Shown in pieces: positions 59,284-60,250 of a stretch of 60,250 bases of DNA. Under the pieces are notes generated by a model. The model had not been told where the DNA came from and ran no database searches. It saw only the letters and a program-made list of their open reading frames with translations. Position 1 is the first letter of the stretch, and every line of letters begins with the position of its first letter. The stretch is from the NCBI RefSeq assembly GCF_004353825.1, contig NZ_SMNA01000001.1, forward strand, positions 558,001 to 618,250. The letters are read 5' to 3'. A program made the translations under genes and the position numbers. Origin of the DNA: Occultella glacieicola (lineage in GTDB: Bacteria > Actinomycetota > Actinomycetes > Actinomycetales > Beutenbergiaceae).

Positions 59284-60250
59284 TCACCAGGTGGGGTTCG
59301 TGGGGTGGATCTCGGTGCCGTCGGGTCGGTAGAAGTGCCAGTGGCCGGCTTGTCGGGTCATGGTGATGTTGTGGGTGTGGACCCAGCGGTGGTGGTAGTA
59401 GCACAGGAGTGCGGCTTGGTCGAGGTCGGTGTCGCCGCCGTTGCTCCACCATCGGGTGGCGTGGTGGGACTCGGTGCGTTCGGGTGGGACGGTGCAGTCG
59501 GGTGCGGTGCAGTGGCGGTCGCGGGTGATGAGGGCTCGGCGTTGGGAGGGGGTGAACAGTCGGTGCGCGCGGCCGTGGTTGATGACCTCGTTGTCGGGGC
59601 TGAAGATGATCCGGTAGACCTCGCCGGAGCAGTTGATGATCCGTTCGAGTAGGTCGCGGGGTACTGGGCCGGTGTTGTCGGTGAAGGTCGCGGGTCCGCG
59701 GGTGAGTAGCCCGGCCCAGTCCTTGGTGGCAGGAGCGGCAGGAGCGGCGGCGGGAGTGGGCGTGGGTGCGCCGGTAGCGGGCGGGGTGGCCGTGGGCGCA
59801 GCTGTCCCGTTGGTGCTGGTCGCAGGTTCGGGCGCTTGCGCGGAGGCCTCGCTCGGGCCTGCCGCACCGGAGGCAGCCGCGGCAGGCGGGATGACGGTGG
59901 GCACAGCTGTCTCGTCGGGGCCGGTCGAGGGCTCGGGCGCTTCCGCGGAAGCGGTGACCGGGCCTGCTGCACCGGAGGCAGCCGCGGCAGGCGGGACGAC
60001 GGTGGGCACACCTGTCTCGTCGGGGCCGGTCGGGGGCTCGGGTGCTTGGGCGGGAGCCTCGGTCGGGCCTGCTGGAGTCGCGGCAGCGGTGGCAGCGGCG
60101 GCAGGCGGGGCGGGCGTGGGCGTAGTTGTGCCGTTGGTGCTGGTCGGGGGCTCGGGTGCTTGCGCGGGAGCCTCGGCCGGGCTGGCGGGGTCGAGTCCGG
60201 GCAGGGGGTCGGCCACCGGTGCCGCACCGGCCGCGGCGGTGCCGGCCGCG
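59284..60250 (-). CDS. DUF222-like (13E12 repeat family) HNH endonuclease, 5' end outside window
   Basis: GRAHRLFTPSQRRALITRDRHCTAPDC...ESHHATRW...GGDTDLDQAALLCYYHHRWVH, preceded by a long Pro/Ala/Thr repeat linker. Confidence 0.88.
   Translation of the reverse strand, partial: AAGTAAAGAAPVADPLPGLDPASPAEAPAQAPEPPTSTNGTTTPTPAPPAAAATAAATPAGPTEAPAQAPEPPTGPDETGVPTVVPPAAAASGAAGPVTASAEAPEPSTGPDETAVPTVIPPAAAASGAAGPSEASAQAPEPATSTNGTAAPTATPPATGAPTPTPAAAPAAPATKDWAGLLTRGPATFTDNTGPVPRDLLERIINCSGEVYRIIFSPDNEVINHGRAHRLFTPSQRRALITRDRHCTAPDCTVPPERTESHHATRWWSNGGDTDLDQAALLCYYHHRWVHTHNITMTRQAGHWHFYRPDGTEIHPTNPTW
59740..60185. repeat. Coding repeat of ~105-bp units inside the HNH gene
   Basis: Four A(P/S)A(Q/E)APEP units; the central two are near-identical with 105-bp period (GCACCGGAGGCAGCCGCGGCAGGCGGG at 59864 and 59969). 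Confidence 0.8.

Overview
High-GC actinobacterial chromosomal segment (gene set and order suggest Micrococcales; this is an inference). Core genes (clpB with a HAIR operator, xthA, pyrE, lemA, fbaA, purA, RamB-like regulator/aceA/aceB, purD) are interspersed with accessory modules. The best candidate for an undescribed system lies at 760-8528. A cytoplasmic S8 subtilase, an ECF sigma factor, a small putative anti-sigma and a TPR-CHAT protease are transcribed divergently from a HopA1-like/LanC-like pair whose catalytic motifs look degenerate. The two arms are joined by back-to-back copies of one ECF-type promoter motif (GTATCAG-N15-CTCMTC), and the subtilase carries GG-preceded peptide repeats (GGTPYTIPH twice). 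Other notable items: (1) a LacI-controlled catabolic operon of unknown substrate (ABC transporter, two ADP-ribosylglycohydrolase-fold proteins, ribokinase, FGE-domain fusion, CoA transferase, CitE-like lyase); (2) an immunity-like/TNT NADase fusion with a Gln-to-Arg change; (3) a frameshifted SDR gene; (4) a STAS-SpoIIE-STAS partner-switching module; (5) a vapBC pair; (6) a 47-bp intergenic direct repeat; (7) a partial DUF222-like HNH gene. No rRNA, tRNA, CRISPR array or transposase was recognised. All family calls come from motif recognition by eye; no database search was run.
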